Shown: positions 47,068 to 56,832, counted from the stretch's first letter. The stretch: 64,000 nt of DNA from Acidobacteriota bacterium (GCA_031430435.1 JANPBM010000044.1:8904-72903); one strand, 5' to 3'. Notes: generated by a model not told the origin, from the letters alone. Translations and numbers: made by a program.

Positions 47068-47560
47068 ATTTTTCTTTTGTAATCGTGTAATGAACCAAAT
47101 CCGTGCCGTAATAATAGCCGATGTGGTCAAAAGTCATTCCGATTTTTTTCATCACGGCTTGCGAACCTTCGTTTTGCGGGTTCGCACACGCGACAATTTT
47201 ATCTAAATTCAATTCGTTAAAACCGTATTGCAAGCAAATTTCCGCCGCTTCGGATGCAAAACCTTTTTTCCAATGTTTTGCCGAAATCGCGTAGCCGACC
47301 TCAATTTCGTTTGTTTCGGTCAAAATCCAAAGTCCGCACCAACCGATAAACTCGTTTGTTTCCTTTAGGATAACGGCACAAAGACCAATTTTATCCGATT
47401 CCCATTTGGACGAAACCAGTTTCACCCAATTTTCGGCTTCACGGCGATTTTGCGTTTCACGGATAAATTTCATCACATCGGCATCGGAACGCATCGCAAA
47501 AACCGCGTCAATATCGTCTTCGTTCATCGGACGTAAAAATAATCTGGCTGTTTCAAGCAT
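47054..47560 (-). CDS. GNAT family N-acetyltransferase (RimJ/RimL-like), tandem paralog 2
   Basis: MLETARLFLRPM..., and KKGFASEAAEICLQYGF. It is paralogous to the downstream gene, and the start is taken at the ATG at 47560. Confidence 0.6.
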   Translation of the reverse strand: MLETARLFLRPMNEDDIDAVFAMRSDADVMKFIRETQNRREAENWVKLVSSKWESDKIGLCAVILKETNEFIGWCGLWILTETNEIEVGYAISAKHWKKGFASEAAEICLQYGFNELNLDKIVACANPQNEGSQAVMKKIGMTFDHIGYYYGTDLVHYTITKEKYARN

Positions 47561-47575
47561 AGTTAAAAAGTTTAA

Positions 47576-47713
47576 CGCAAAGTCGCAAAGTCGCAAAGTT
47601 ATCTGCACTTAAATCGTATTTTGAGTGATTCAAATACGGGAAAACTTCGCCGTTCCGCGTCTTTGTAACTTTGCGTTAAAATACTTCTACGCTTTAGTTT
47701 ATACAACTTTGCG
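47576..47713. repeat. (CGCAAAGT)x3 tandem followed by two inverted ACTTTGCG copies: dispersed palindromic repeat element, copy B
   Basis: Tandem 8-mers at 47576-47599 and inverted copies at 47667-47674 and 47706-47713. The element lies in the divergent region between the GNAT and sugar-transferase genes. Confidence 0.6.
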
Positions 47714-49242
47714 TGATAATCTTGAACCGAAAAATGCAATCTGAAATTCAAACAAAATCCGTTGGAAGAATGCCGAGTTGGATAATGCCGAGTATTAAAT
47801 TCGGTATTTTGCTGACTGATGGTTTGCTCGCGGTTCTGTGTTTTATGATTGCGTTTGCGTGGCGTGAAAATGATGCTTTTTTTCAACTGAATTCGTGGAA
47901 TTGGGCGCGTGAATTTTCACCTTACGGCGTACTTTTACCGTTTGTTGCGGCGATTAGAATTATCACCTTCAAAACACAGGATTTATACCGTTTGCGTGGT
48001 GAATTTTCGTTTTTCGACGACGCGGTAAAAGTTTTCAAAGCAGTTTCAATCGGCACGCTTTTGATGGTTGCAACGGCTTTTTTGTATCGCGGCGGATTTG
48101 AATTCGGTGATTTTTCATATTCACGTTTAGTCTTTGCAGCGGATTTTGCATTTGCATTCTTAGTCTTTTGTTTATTTAGATTTACGGTGCGATTTGTGCA
48201 GATTTTGGCACGCAAAAATTCGATAAATTTGATTCCGACGTTGGTTGTCGGCAACGGACGCGAAGCCGAAATTGTCATCAATGAAATGCAGACGAAACGC
48301 GAACTCGGTTATCGAGTAATCGGCGTAGTTTCCGATTCACGATTCACGATTGACGATTCACGGTTTTGCGATATTCCGATTGTCGGAACGCTTGATAATT
48401 TGCCTGAAATCGTTGTCGAAACAGGTGCGAGCGAAGTAATTATCACCGAACAGAATGTTTCGAGCGAGGTTTTATTCGATGTAATGATGCGTTGCGGACG
48501 GCGAAAAGGCGTGGAATTTAAACTCGCGCCGAATTTATTTGACAGTTTGCCGAGAAAAACAAATGTCGAACAAATCGGAAGTTTACCGATGATTCAACTT
48601 TTTCGCCAACCGCTTTCGCCCGTTTCGCAATTCGTCAAACGGCTCGAAGATGTAATAATCGCTTTATTTACAACAATTATACTTTCGCCGTTGACAATTT
48701 TAATCGCAATTTTAATCAAACTCGATTCAAAAGGAAACGTTTTTTACAAGCAAAAACGAGTCGGCATGGACGGCAGACAATTTTCGTTTTATAAATTTCG
48801 GACGATGCAAGCCAACAACGATGACAGCGAACATCGCGAATATCTAAAAAATTACATCGCCGGCGAAGCGGAAAATATCGGCGAAGAAACTGTTTTCAAA
48901 CTCGACGATGCTCGCGTAACCCGAATCGGCAAACACCTGCGTCGATTGAGTTTAGACGAACTGCCGCAAATATTTAACGTTCTTCGCGGAGAAATGAGCA
49001 TTGTCGGTCCGCGTCCGCCAATCCCGTACGAGGTCGAAGAATACAACGCCACGCAACGCCGCAGACTCGATATGAAACCCGGAATTACAGGTTTGTGGCA
49101 AGTGTCGGGGCGAAATCGGCTGACGTTTGATCAAATGCTCACGCTTGATGTTTTTTACATCGAAAATTGGTCGCTGTGGCTCGATCTAAAAATAATTCTG
49201 AAAACAATTCCGGCGATGATTCGCGGCGACGGAGCGAAATAA
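47713..49242 (+). CDS. Polyprenyl-phosphate sugar phosphotransferase (WbaP/exopolysaccharide-type bacterial sugar transferase)
   Basis: N-terminal TM helices, a central CoA-binding-like domain, and the C-terminal Bac_transf domain ([30 protein letters not shown]...[21 protein letters not shown]). The true start is probably the ATG at 47734. Confidence 0.8.
   Translation: MIILNRKMQSEIQTKSVGRMPSWIMPSIKFGILLTDGLLAVLCFMIAFAWRENDAFFQLNSWNWAREFSPYGVLLPFVAAIRIITFKTQDLYRLRGEFSFFDDAVKVFKAVSIGTLLMVATAFLYRGGFEFGDFSYSRLVFAADFAFAFLVFCLFRFTVRFVQILARKNSINLIPTLVVGNGREAEIVINEMQTKRELGYRVIGVVSDSRFTIDDSRFCDIPIVGTLDNLPEIVVETGASEVIITEQNVSSEVLFDVMMRCGRRKGVEFKLAPNLFDSLPRKTNVEQIGSLPMIQLFRQPLSPVSQFVKRLEDVIIALFTTIILSPLTILIAILIKLDSKGNVFYKQKRVGMDGRQFSFYKFRTMQANNDDSEHREYLKNYIAGEAENIGEETVFKLDDARVTRIGKHLRRLSLDELPQIFNVLRGEMSIVGPRPPIPYEVEEYNATQRRRLDMKPGITGLWQVSGRNRLTFDQMLTLDVFYIENWSLWLDLKIILKTIPAMIRGDGAK
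48334..48361 (+). repeat. Heptanucleotide tandem repeat (GATTCAC)x4, one variant unit, inside sugar-transferase CDS
   Basis: GATTCAC GATTCAC GATTGAC GATTCAC encodes [12 protein letters not shown]. The unit length is not a multiple of 3. Confidence 0.7.
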
Positions 49243-49253
49243 ATTGGATAATA

Positions 49254-49667
49254 CTATAAGTTTTCGTAAGCTCTTTCAATAAATTCCAAATAAAATAATT
49301 CTATATCCAATGATTGCAAAGCACATTTTAAAACATCTTTTTTGAGATCATAAGGCAATTCATTTTTTAGCAAGATAACATTGTCCACAATTTTGGAATT
49401 TAAAATACTTGAATCAATTTCGTAAACTTCATCTAATTCTACCCAAGTATCCGAATTAAACCAACAAGTGTTTTTTGGCAGAAAGTAGTTTGCGGGTTTA
49501 TCTTTGATTTGGCAACCTTTGTTCATACCTTTCCGATGTATTTTTGAGGTAGTTTTAACCGCAAGATAGTTTGTGCCAAAATCAGACAAAATTATTATTA
49601 ACTTGTCGAGAGTTGTACCGTCTGCAAATTGAAATTGTTTGTCGTAGAGAATTGCTCCGCAGTTCAT
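49254..49667 (-). CDS. Hypothetical 137-aa protein, downstream partner of Panacea-domain gene (candidate toxin)
   Basis: It overlaps the upstream gene by 4 nt and sits in the same AT-rich islet. No recognisable motif. Confidence 0.35.
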   Translation of the reverse strand: MNCGAILYDKQFQFADGTTLDKLIIILSDFGTNYLAVKTTSKIHRKGMNKGCQIKDKPANYFLPKNTCWFNSDTWVELDEVYEIDSSILNSKIVDNVILLKNELPYDLKKDVLKCALQSLDIELFYLEFIERAYENL

Positions 49668-50272
49668 TTATAGTTTTCCAAAAAGACTTTCCTTTCTTCC
49701 GCAATATGCAAAATAGTTTGTTTTTGAGTTTCGTTAAGTTTAATCAGTTCATATTCATAAGGAATTTCCGCATGTTGTTTGTCTTCTTCAACCCAAACTT
49801 TAAACCATGGCATACCTTCTTTGTGGGTATATTCCTCCATTTCATTTCCTGTATCTAACATAAATCGCTCTGAAATATCTTTGAGCAATGCTATTTCTCT
49901 TCTCGTAAAGTATTTTTCTTCAAATGCTTTTTTACTTTTGAAAGAAATCGTTTCAAAACCACCTTTTTCAATTTTCTTTTCAACTATAAAATGATCATTA
50001 AATTCTTGCTCATTTGAATCAATAGCATTGTGAAGTTCTTTTGGCACAGGACCCATTTTCCAAGCATAGTATTCATAGTTTGTAACACTTCTGCCTGTTT
50101 CCTTAAAATGTTCAAAGTCTAGAATATAAAGCAATTTGTACATTTTCTTTTTATTGCAGAGCGAAGTATGCTCCAAGAAATATGTAATAGCATTAAATGC
50201 TTTTTCTTTTTTGTGGTTAATAATCATTATAATTTTCTCCTGATAATAGTTGGTATTATCGGTAGTAAACAC
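49664..50272 (-). CDS. Panacea domain (DUF4065, SocA-like antitoxin) protein
   Basis: KMYKLLYILDFEHFKETGRSVTNYEYYAWKMGPVPKEL matches the DUF4065/Panacea core (KL.KLLYf.D......g..it...Y.a...GPV). Confidence 0.55.
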   Translation of the reverse strand: MFTTDNTNYYQEKIIMIINHKKEKAFNAITYFLEHTSLCNKKKMYKLLYILDFEHFKETGRSVTNYEYYAWKMGPVPKELHNAIDSNEQEFNDHFIVEKKIEKGGFETISFKSKKAFEEKYFTRREIALLKDISERFMLDTGNEMEEYTHKEGMPWFKVWVEEDKQHAEIPYEYELIKLNETQKQTILHIAEERKVFLENYK

Positions 50273-50406
50273 AAAGCTGTTTCACAAATGACACAACTTT
50301 CCATTATTATAGCTTATATTCCGGGTTATTTCCAGAAATCTGCGTTTTAATAAAAAATTTATTTGACGAATTAAAATTTTAGGAGTAACCTCATCAATTA
50401 TTGAGA

Positions 50407-50424
50407 TTGTGAAACTTTTCTCAA
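50407..50424. promoter_or_regulatory. Rex-type operator-like palindrome TTGTGAA-ACTT-TTCTCAA 20 nt upstream of ndh
   Basis: 13 of 14 positions match the Rex consensus TTGTGAA-N4-TTCACAA. It is embedded in a larger ATTGAGA...TCTCAAT inverted repeat. Ndh is a canonical Rex target in Firmicutes. Confidence 0.45.
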
Positions 50425-50443
50425 TATCGAAAAGGAGAAAAAA

Positions 50444-51646
50444 ATGTCGAAGAAAATTTTGGTTATCGGCGGCGGACACGGCGGACTTTTTACGGCTTTG
50501 GAAATGGTCGGAAGCGGTGAGGTAACACTCGTCAGCGACACGGATTATTTTTGTTTCAAACCTTTGCTTTACGAATATCTGAGCGGCGAAGTTGAAGCGT
50601 GGCACATTGCTCCGTATTACAAAGAATTGTTTGACAATGAGATAAATTTTATCAAAGCAAAGGTTGAAAACATTGACTTTACGGAAAATGAAGTAAGACT
50701 TTCAAACCGAAAAGAGGCGATAAATTACGACGTTTTGGTGTTGGCTGTCGGCGGTGTAACAAATTTTTGGAACGTTGAAGGCGCGGAAGAGTTCGCGTTA
50801 CCGTTTCGCAATACTGCCGATACGGACGAGCTTCGCAAGCGGATGATTTCCGCAGTTGACGCGATTTCGCCGACTGTTGCGACCGATTTAACTTTTGCGA
50901 TTGTCGGCGGCGGAGCAAGCGGTGTCGAACTGGCAACAAAAATGTCCGATTTGCTTTTCGACGCTTATCGGCAACGCGGTTTACAAGGCGAACCACGCAT
51001 AATTTTATTGGAAACAGGCGACAGATTAGTTCCCGGAATGGGCGATGATATGCTCGAAATCGTCAACAAGTCTCTGCGTAATTGCAAGGTTGAGGTTCAG
51101 ACAAAAACTCGTGTTTTAGAAGTCAAATCCGGCGGCATAATTTCCGAATTCGACGGCAAACAAACCGAAACAAAAGTTGCGGGAACAATTTGGGTCGCGG
51201 GCGTAAAGCCGAATCCGCTGCTTGAAACGCTTGATTTAGAGAAGAATAACATCGGATTGGTTTTGGCGGAAGCGACTTTGCAGGCGAAAGGAAAGGAAAA
51301 TGTTTTTGTGCTTGGCGATATTGCTTTTGTCGAAAACGTTGCTCCGGTTTTGCTCGGAACAGCACAACTTGCCAACCAAGAAGCAACGCTTGTAACTGCC
51401 AATATTAAGCTGTTTTTGAACAATAAACCTTTGAAAACAAAGCGGTTTGAAGAACTTGGCGAAGCCTTGAGTTTGGGAACTGAAAACGCGGCGGTTTTGG
51501 TTGCCGGAAACGCGGTCAGCGGCGATATTGCCAGAAAGGCGCGTTTTGCGCTTTACAGTTCGCGGCTGCCGACGTGGCATCATCGCTTAAAAGTCGGCTC
51601 GGATTGGTTTTTTAACGGCACAAGTCCGAATTCGATCGGGCTTTAG
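50444..51646 (+). CDS. ndh: Type II NADH:quinone oxidoreductase (NDH-2), FAD/NAD(P)-binding
   Basis: KKILVIGGGHGGLFTALEM (first Rossmann motif), a second FAIVGGGASGVELA motif, and FKPLLYEYLSG. Confidence 0.75.
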   Translation: MSKKILVIGGGHGGLFTALEMVGSGEVTLVSDTDYFCFKPLLYEYLSGEVEAWHIAPYYKELFDNEINFIKAKVENIDFTENEVRLSNRKEAINYDVLVLAVGGVTNFWNVEGAEEFALPFRNTADTDELRKRMISAVDAISPTVATDLTFAIVGGGASGVELATKMSDLLFDAYRQRGLQGEPRIILLETGDRLVPGMGDDMLEIVNKSLRNCKVEVQTKTRVLEVKSGGIISEFDGKQTETKVAGTIWVAGVKPNPLLETLDLEKNNIGLVLAEATLQAKGKENVFVLGDIAFVENVAPVLLGTAQLANQEATLVTANIKLFLNNKPLKTKRFEELGEALSLGTENAAVLVAGNAVSGDIARKARFALYSSRLPTWHHRLKVGSDWFFNGTSPNSIGL

Positions 51647-51712
51647 CGCGAAGACAGTGTGACGAAGAGAGCGATAACGGGGAAAACCTCACTGTCGCTC
51701 CGTCTCACGCTC

Positions 51713-52231
51713 TCACAATCGATCATCGGGAATTTCAACCAAAATATTTCCCTTTCTATTCTTAATCGAATCCATAATTTTGCCCGCCGAACCCATTTCC
51801 ACCCGCGACGACAAAACCCGCGAAACTCTTTTCGGCAAAATGCTCGGCGCAATGCTTGCAATCGAATTTGCCAGCGAAACAATGTCGCCGCCGCCGTCCC
51901 AATGTTCGCGGACAACGGTTTCATCCGTTCGATTCAAAAGTCGCAACAACGTCAATGCGACAACGTAAATATCGTCAACCTGCCCGATAAAAGGAAAAAC
52001 GTCGGGGATAAAATCAATCGGCGAAATGACATAAATAATCGCCGCCGCAAACAACGCTTTTTCGGTAATCGGCACACGATTATCAATCAAAAGTTTGCCC
52101 ATCAATTTGACCATATTCGGCAAAAACATCAGTAAATTCTTCATTCGCCCTTTGACCTGCAATTTTCCTTCGCGTTCGACTTTCACAATTTTTGTTGATT
52201 CGCTCATTTTTAATTTCCTTTTTACCGACAA
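51713..52231 (-). CDS. DUF1232 (YkvA-like) membrane protein
   Basis: FAAAIIYVISPIDFIPDVFPFIGQVDDIYVVALTL is the DUF1232 core. Confidence 0.5.
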   Translation of the reverse strand: MSVKRKLKMSESTKIVKVEREGKLQVKGRMKNLLMFLPNMVKLMGKLLIDNRVPITEKALFAAAIIYVISPIDFIPDVFPFIGQVDDIYVVALTLLRLLNRTDETVVREHWDGGGDIVSLANSIASIAPSILPKRVSRVLSSRVEMGSAGKIMDSIKNRKGNILVEIPDDRL

Positions 52232-52296
52232 ATTCGAGTCTAAACAAGACCGTGCGTTAGAGCAAGTTTATATTGAAAAAGTTGCACTAAGTTTAT

Positions 52297-53799
52297 TTAT
52301 TTTTGCCCGATACTTTTTGTGCGTTTCAAACCGATAAACAGCCAAATCCCGAGTGCCGCAACAATCGAATTTCCCAACGCAATCAACATCAAAAACAAAT
52401 CGCGGATATATTTTCCCGCCCAGTCGAGAAAATGCCCTTTGTGCAAATAATCAAACGTCAAATCTTCCCATTGAGCAATTCCATCGTTAATTTTCAACGC
52501 CAATTTTCCGCTCGAAGTATCGACATAAACTCTCTCGTTTGAATTTTCGGCGTATTGAATTTTCATTGCCGGCAAGCGTTTTAAGATGAAACCATATTCG
52601 CCGCCAAATTTTGTAATCGGCGTAACGTCAATTATTTGTTTGTTTCCGCTGAATTTTTCAGCTAAAAACTTTGCATATTCAACCTCGCCGTTTTCCAAAA
52701 TTTCACCTGATTCGGCGTTGAAATATAAGATACTTTGATCGGTTTTCAACGTGCGATAAGACATTTTGTCATTGAATCCGACCAACGAAATTGAAACCGT
52801 TTCGGCTTGATTTTTGATGATTTCAGTCAAAGAAATTTTTATTCGTTCAGCCTTGTAAGTGCTTGCGTAAGATATTTTTGCGTCTTTACCTAAATTAGCT
52901 TTCGCCCACAGATGAAACATTCCGCTGGATGACCACGCGAGTAAAAAAACTGAGACAATTACCCCGATCGAGCGATGATATTTTCGCAAAAGCGACCGCG
53001 AAGTTTCAAATTTATTTTTGCCGTAACTTCGCCAAAACAACCCGTAAACAATCAAACCGCTCAACGCCGTAAAGGAAACCAACGACATAAAAATCGCGAC
53101 AACAATTTGCCGCGTCAGATTTGGCATTCCGGCAAATTCGAGGTTGTGAAAATTTATAAAAGTCCATTGCAGCCAAGATTTACGAGTGTCAATCAACGTT
53201 CCGAGTTTTGACGAACTTGTATCAACGTAGGCTTTCATCCCATCGCCGCGTTCAAATGCAACTTCGTAAACAGGCAACAGACGATTGACGGCTTTGTATT
53301 CAAAATCAAAATCCGTGATAACTTTCGCAGATTTTATTTCCGCTTTTTTCTCATCCGCAAAATATCTTGCAAGATATTCCGCGTATTTTTCATCGCCATC
53401 CGCGAGTTTTTCGCCCGTCGAAACGCTCAAATAAATCGGCGGTTCGGCGGAAATCGCATCCGAAATAATACTCGAATGACAACTTTCACCTTCGCCTTCT
53501 TTTGGCTGAAACATCGTAACTTCTTTGTTTTGAGGCAAAATCTGATAAAAACTGTCGCCGTTGAAACTAACAATATTAAAACCGCCAAAAGTCTTGATAT
53601 TATTTTTTGCTAAAGATTCTTTCAGCGAAACTTTGAAATTGTCGGCTTCAAGCGGCGTTAATTTCAACATATTTTGTGTTGGTCGCGGTTGTGTCCAAGA
53701 CATAATCGGATGCAAAAATCCGGTCAAACTCCATGCAAAAACTGCCAAACACGCCACGATTCCAAACCACTTGTGAAATAAATAAAATTGCTTTTTCAT
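52297..53799 (-). CDS. PepSY-associated TM helix protein (PiuB-like)
   Basis: N-terminus MKKQFYLFHKWFGIVACLAVFAWSLTGFL, four TM helices flanking periplasmic PepSY-like regions, and immediate proximity to the TonB-dependent receptor. Confidence 0.7.
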   Translation of the reverse strand: MKKQFYLFHKWFGIVACLAVFAWSLTGFLHPIMSWTQPRPTQNMLKLTPLEADNFKVSLKESLAKNNIKTFGGFNIVSFNGDSFYQILPQNKEVTMFQPKEGEGESCHSSIISDAISAEPPIYLSVSTGEKLADGDEKYAEYLARYFADEKKAEIKSAKVITDFDFEYKAVNRLLPVYEVAFERGDGMKAYVDTSSSKLGTLIDTRKSWLQWTFINFHNLEFAGMPNLTRQIVVAIFMSLVSFTALSGLIVYGLFWRSYGKNKFETSRSLLRKYHRSIGVIVSVFLLAWSSSGMFHLWAKANLGKDAKISYASTYKAERIKISLTEIIKNQAETVSISLVGFNDKMSYRTLKTDQSILYFNAESGEILENGEVEYAKFLAEKFSGNKQIIDVTPITKFGGEYGFILKRLPAMKIQYAENSNERVYVDTSSGKLALKINDGIAQWEDLTFDYLHKGHFLDWAGKYIRDLFLMLIALGNSIVAALGIWLFIGLKRTKSIGQK

Positions 53800-53807
53800 A
53801 TTTCCCC

Positions 53808-56747
53808 TTAAAATTCAAAACGCAAGGCAATTTGTATTCTTCGCGGGTCAAAAGCCGATGTGTATCTGCCGAAAGTTGCCGAAGTCATAACGTTATCAAT
53901 CGCTTGGAAATTGGTTTGATTGAAGACGTTGAACATTTCGCCGCGAAGCTGAATTTTACGTTTTTCATCAATGCGAAAATCTTTTTGCAGAGACAAATTC
54001 CAGTCTGCAACGCTGTCGGTTCGTTGCGTATTTCTGCCGTATGTTCCGAAAGTATTCGTCGCCGGACGCAAATTTGTTGCGGTCAAACCTGTTGCGTAAG
54101 TTACTGCCGTTGCTTGGGTTGGCGTAAATATTAAACTTCCGTTAATTACATTCGGACGTTGATTATTTGTGCCGAGCGGCGTGTTAGTTCCAGTATAAAT
54201 CGTGAACGGCTGACCACTTCTGAGCGTTGTAATTCCGCTGATTGTCCAACCGCCGAGCAATTTTCCGGCGAGATTATTTTGACGAAAAACAGGTAAACGA
54301 TACGAATATGTGAATGTCAAAATCTGCGGAATATCAAAGTTTGAAACTCCGCGATCTAGAAAGCGGCGAGATTCGTCAAGCGGCGTGGCATCGCGTGCGA
54401 GATTTGTGTTTGCCGTAATTAAATCTGAAACTTCGTCAATAAATTTTGAATAAGTATAAGCGGCACGAACTTGAAAACTGTTCGTAAATCGTTGTGTGTA
54501 AGAGACTTGGAGTGAATTATAATTTGAATTGCCCGATGTTTCCAAAATATTTACCACACCGACGGTTGTGTCGGGACGCAAATTTTGGGCAAGTTGTTCG
54601 CCGCCGTTCGGACGGCGTGTACGTGAAAGTTTTCTGCCCAAATTACCGACATACGAAACTGTCAAACTTGATTGCGGGTTAAATAATTCGCGTTCAACCG
54701 AAAGGCTTAAATGTTGCGAATATGGCGTTGCCGTATCTTTGTTCGGAATAACCAAACCGCTTGGCAAGCCTGTTGCGGCAGTTGCAAGCAAGTTTGGAAA
54801 TGTCGGATTAACCGCTGTAAAACTTTGGATAAACGGCGGATTGAAACGAGTTAAGCCCAAAAAAGTGGTTTCGACAACATTGTAATAAATTCCGTAACCG
54901 CCGCGAATAACTGTTTTCGGTAACGCTTCCCACGCAAAACCGAAACGTGGCACAAAGTTGTTTTTATCGTTTTCAAGCAGATTTTTTGCTTCTAATTTGT
55001 TGTCAACTTCACGCGGTGCGGTGAAAACTTCGTAACGCAAACCGAGATTCAAGGTAAAATTCGGTCGAATTTTCCAATCGTCTTGAGCGTAAAGTGAAAT
55101 TTCTTTGCGTCGCAAACCGAGTTGCGGATTGCCGACATTTCGCGTGTAAGTTTGCGGCGTTCCAGCAAGAAATTGAGCAATCGAATTAAACGTCAAAGTC
55201 CCGCGAAAGCTGTTGTCCACATTTCCGCCGTTTACTTTAATCGAACGATAATTTCCGCCGAATTTGAACGTATGATTACTGCGAAGATACGTTAAATCAT
55301 TGCTGAGATTGGTGTTATTTTGAAAATTATTGCCGAAGAGAAACGCGGGAATTCCGAGCGTTTGCAAACCTGTTACGCGAAGCGTTCCGAGTTCGCCGTT
55401 AATTGCCGGATTGCCCAAAAGTTTCGGATTTGCGTCTGCAAAATTATCTTGCTCAACTTGGCGATTGTAACCAAGCCGCAATTCATTGATAGTTTTCGGC
55501 GAAAAACTCCATGTGTGTTGAAGCGTTAAACCCGCAGTTCGCCTGTTTCCGGGAGCGGCACTTGTCAAAATACTTCCCACGCCAAATTGATTTCGCTGTG
55601 ATTTTGTATCCGAACCGCGAAACATTAAACGTTGCGAATTATTAATTTGCCAATCGGTGCGAAGCAGATAAGTGTATTGATTTGTTGAAGATGGAACTCC
55701 TTGCGAGATCAAACCGCCGCGAGTCGCAGTTGTCGGAAAAAGAGCAGCAAGCGCAGCAGTATTCGGATTAGCCGATAATTTATCTGCCGCCGTTAGACCC
55801 TGATAAATACTCGGATTTGTGCCGCGAATGCGAAAAGTTTCAAATTGTCCGAATGCCCAAAATTTGTTTTTTACAATCGGCGTTCCAATGGTAAAACCTG
55901 CCAAATTTGAGAGGTTTACGGGTTTTTCACCTTGAAAAAAATTGCGAGCCGAAAGAGCTGAATTATTGTGATACCAAAACGCCGAACCGCGAATTTGATT
56001 AGTTCCCGATTTCGTGACGAGATTGACGATTCCGCCCGAATTTCTGCCGTATTCGGCTTTCGCATTGTGCGTAATTATCTCGAAACTTTGCACGGCTTCT
56101 TGCGAAATAATTTGCTCCGTTACACCGCGACCCGAAATCAAACCGGTATTTGCATCGGTATTATCGACCGAATCAACCAAATAATTGTTTGAACGCGGAC
56201 GATTTCCGGACACGGCAAACGGTGCGTGTGCCTGAGTTGTAACCGCCACACCCGGAACAGTTCGGGCTTGAGCGTAAAAATTTCTGCCTTGTCCGCCCGC
56301 CTGAACAGGTAAATCGTTCATTTCTTCGGTCGAAAAAGAACGCGATTGTTTCATGTTATCGGTCTGCAAAAGCCGATAATTACTGCGGTCATCAATTTCG
56401 ACAACTTCTTTTTTGGTCAAAACATCAAGCTTTATTTCAACATTTGCCGTTTCGCCGACTTTGACCGAAATGTTTTTGACGGTCGTTAAATTAAAACCGC
56501 TTGCTTCAATTTTTATTTGATAAACCGATGGTTCGAGCGTTGTGAATCTGAAATTTCCGCTCTCGTTTGACTGCAAATTGATTGAAAAACCACGCAACGA
56601 ATCAGAAACCGTAACCTTTGCATTCGGAATAATTGCACCGTTTTGGTCAGAAATTGTTCCCGAAATTGTGCCTTTTGTATTTTGAGCAAAAGCGAAACTC
56701 GAAAGTAAAATAACCGTAAAAATACTGAATATAATTTGTTTGAACAT
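53808..56747 (-). CDS. TonB-dependent outer-membrane receptor with N-terminal carboxypeptidase-regulatory-like domain
   Basis: Signal peptide, then a CarboxypepD_reg-like region (GTISGTISDQNGAIIPNAKVTV...GNFRFTTLEPSVYQIKIEASGF), then plug and beta-barrel regions, with a C-terminal aromatic F. Confidence 0.85.
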   Translation of the reverse strand: MFKQIIFSIFTVILLSSFAFAQNTKGTISGTISDQNGAIIPNAKVTVSDSLRGFSINLQSNESGNFRFTTLEPSVYQIKIEASGFNLTTVKNISVKVGETANVEIKLDVLTKKEVVEIDDRSNYRLLQTDNMKQSRSFSTEEMNDLPVQAGGQGRNFYAQARTVPGVAVTTQAHAPFAVSGNRPRSNNYLVDSVDNTDANTGLISGRGVTEQIISQEAVQSFEIITHNAKAEYGRNSGGIVNLVTKSGTNQIRGSAFWYHNNSALSARNFFQGEKPVNLSNLAGFTIGTPIVKNKFWAFGQFETFRIRGTNPSIYQGLTAADKLSANPNTAALAALFPTTATRGGLISQGVPSSTNQYTYLLRTDWQINNSQRLMFRGSDTKSQRNQFGVGSILTSAAPGNRRTAGLTLQHTWSFSPKTINELRLGYNRQVEQDNFADANPKLLGNPAINGELGTLRVTGLQTLGIPAFLFGNNFQNNTNLSNDLTYLRSNHTFKFGGNYRSIKVNGGNVDNSFRGTLTFNSIAQFLAGTPQTYTRNVGNPQLGLRRKEISLYAQDDWKIRPNFTLNLGLRYEVFTAPREVDNKLEAKNLLENDKNNFVPRFGFAWEALPKTVIRGGYGIYYNVVETTFLGLTRFNPPFIQSFTAVNPTFPNLLATAATGLPSGLVIPNKDTATPYSQHLSLSVERELFNPQSSLTVSYVGNLGRKLSRTRRPNGGEQLAQNLRPDTTVGVVNILETSGNSNYNSLQVSYTQRFTNSFQVRAAYTYSKFIDEVSDLITANTNLARDATPLDESRRFLDRGVSNFDIPQILTFTYSYRLPVFRQNNLAGKLLGGWTISGITTLRSGQPFTIYTGTNTPLGTNNQRPNVINGSLIFTPTQATAVTYATGLTATNLRPATNTFGTYGRNTQRTDSVADWNLSLQKDFRIDEKRKIQLRGEMFNVFNQTNFQAIDNVMTSATFGRYTSAFDPRRIQIALRFEF

Positions 56748-56832
56748 TGTAAATTTCCTCCCGAAATTTAAAGAAAAATGACGAAAAGCACATATAAATT
56801 GTGCGTAAAAAAAGTTTAATTTTGCTTTGAAT

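Noticed and set aside
51647-51712. Complex inverted repeats (GACAGTG...CACTGTC, GTGACGAAGAGAGCG...CGCTCCGTCTCAC) after ndh
   Set aside because: This is probably a convergent-gene terminator structure. The stems are imperfect and there is no clean T-run, so it is not listed as a feature.
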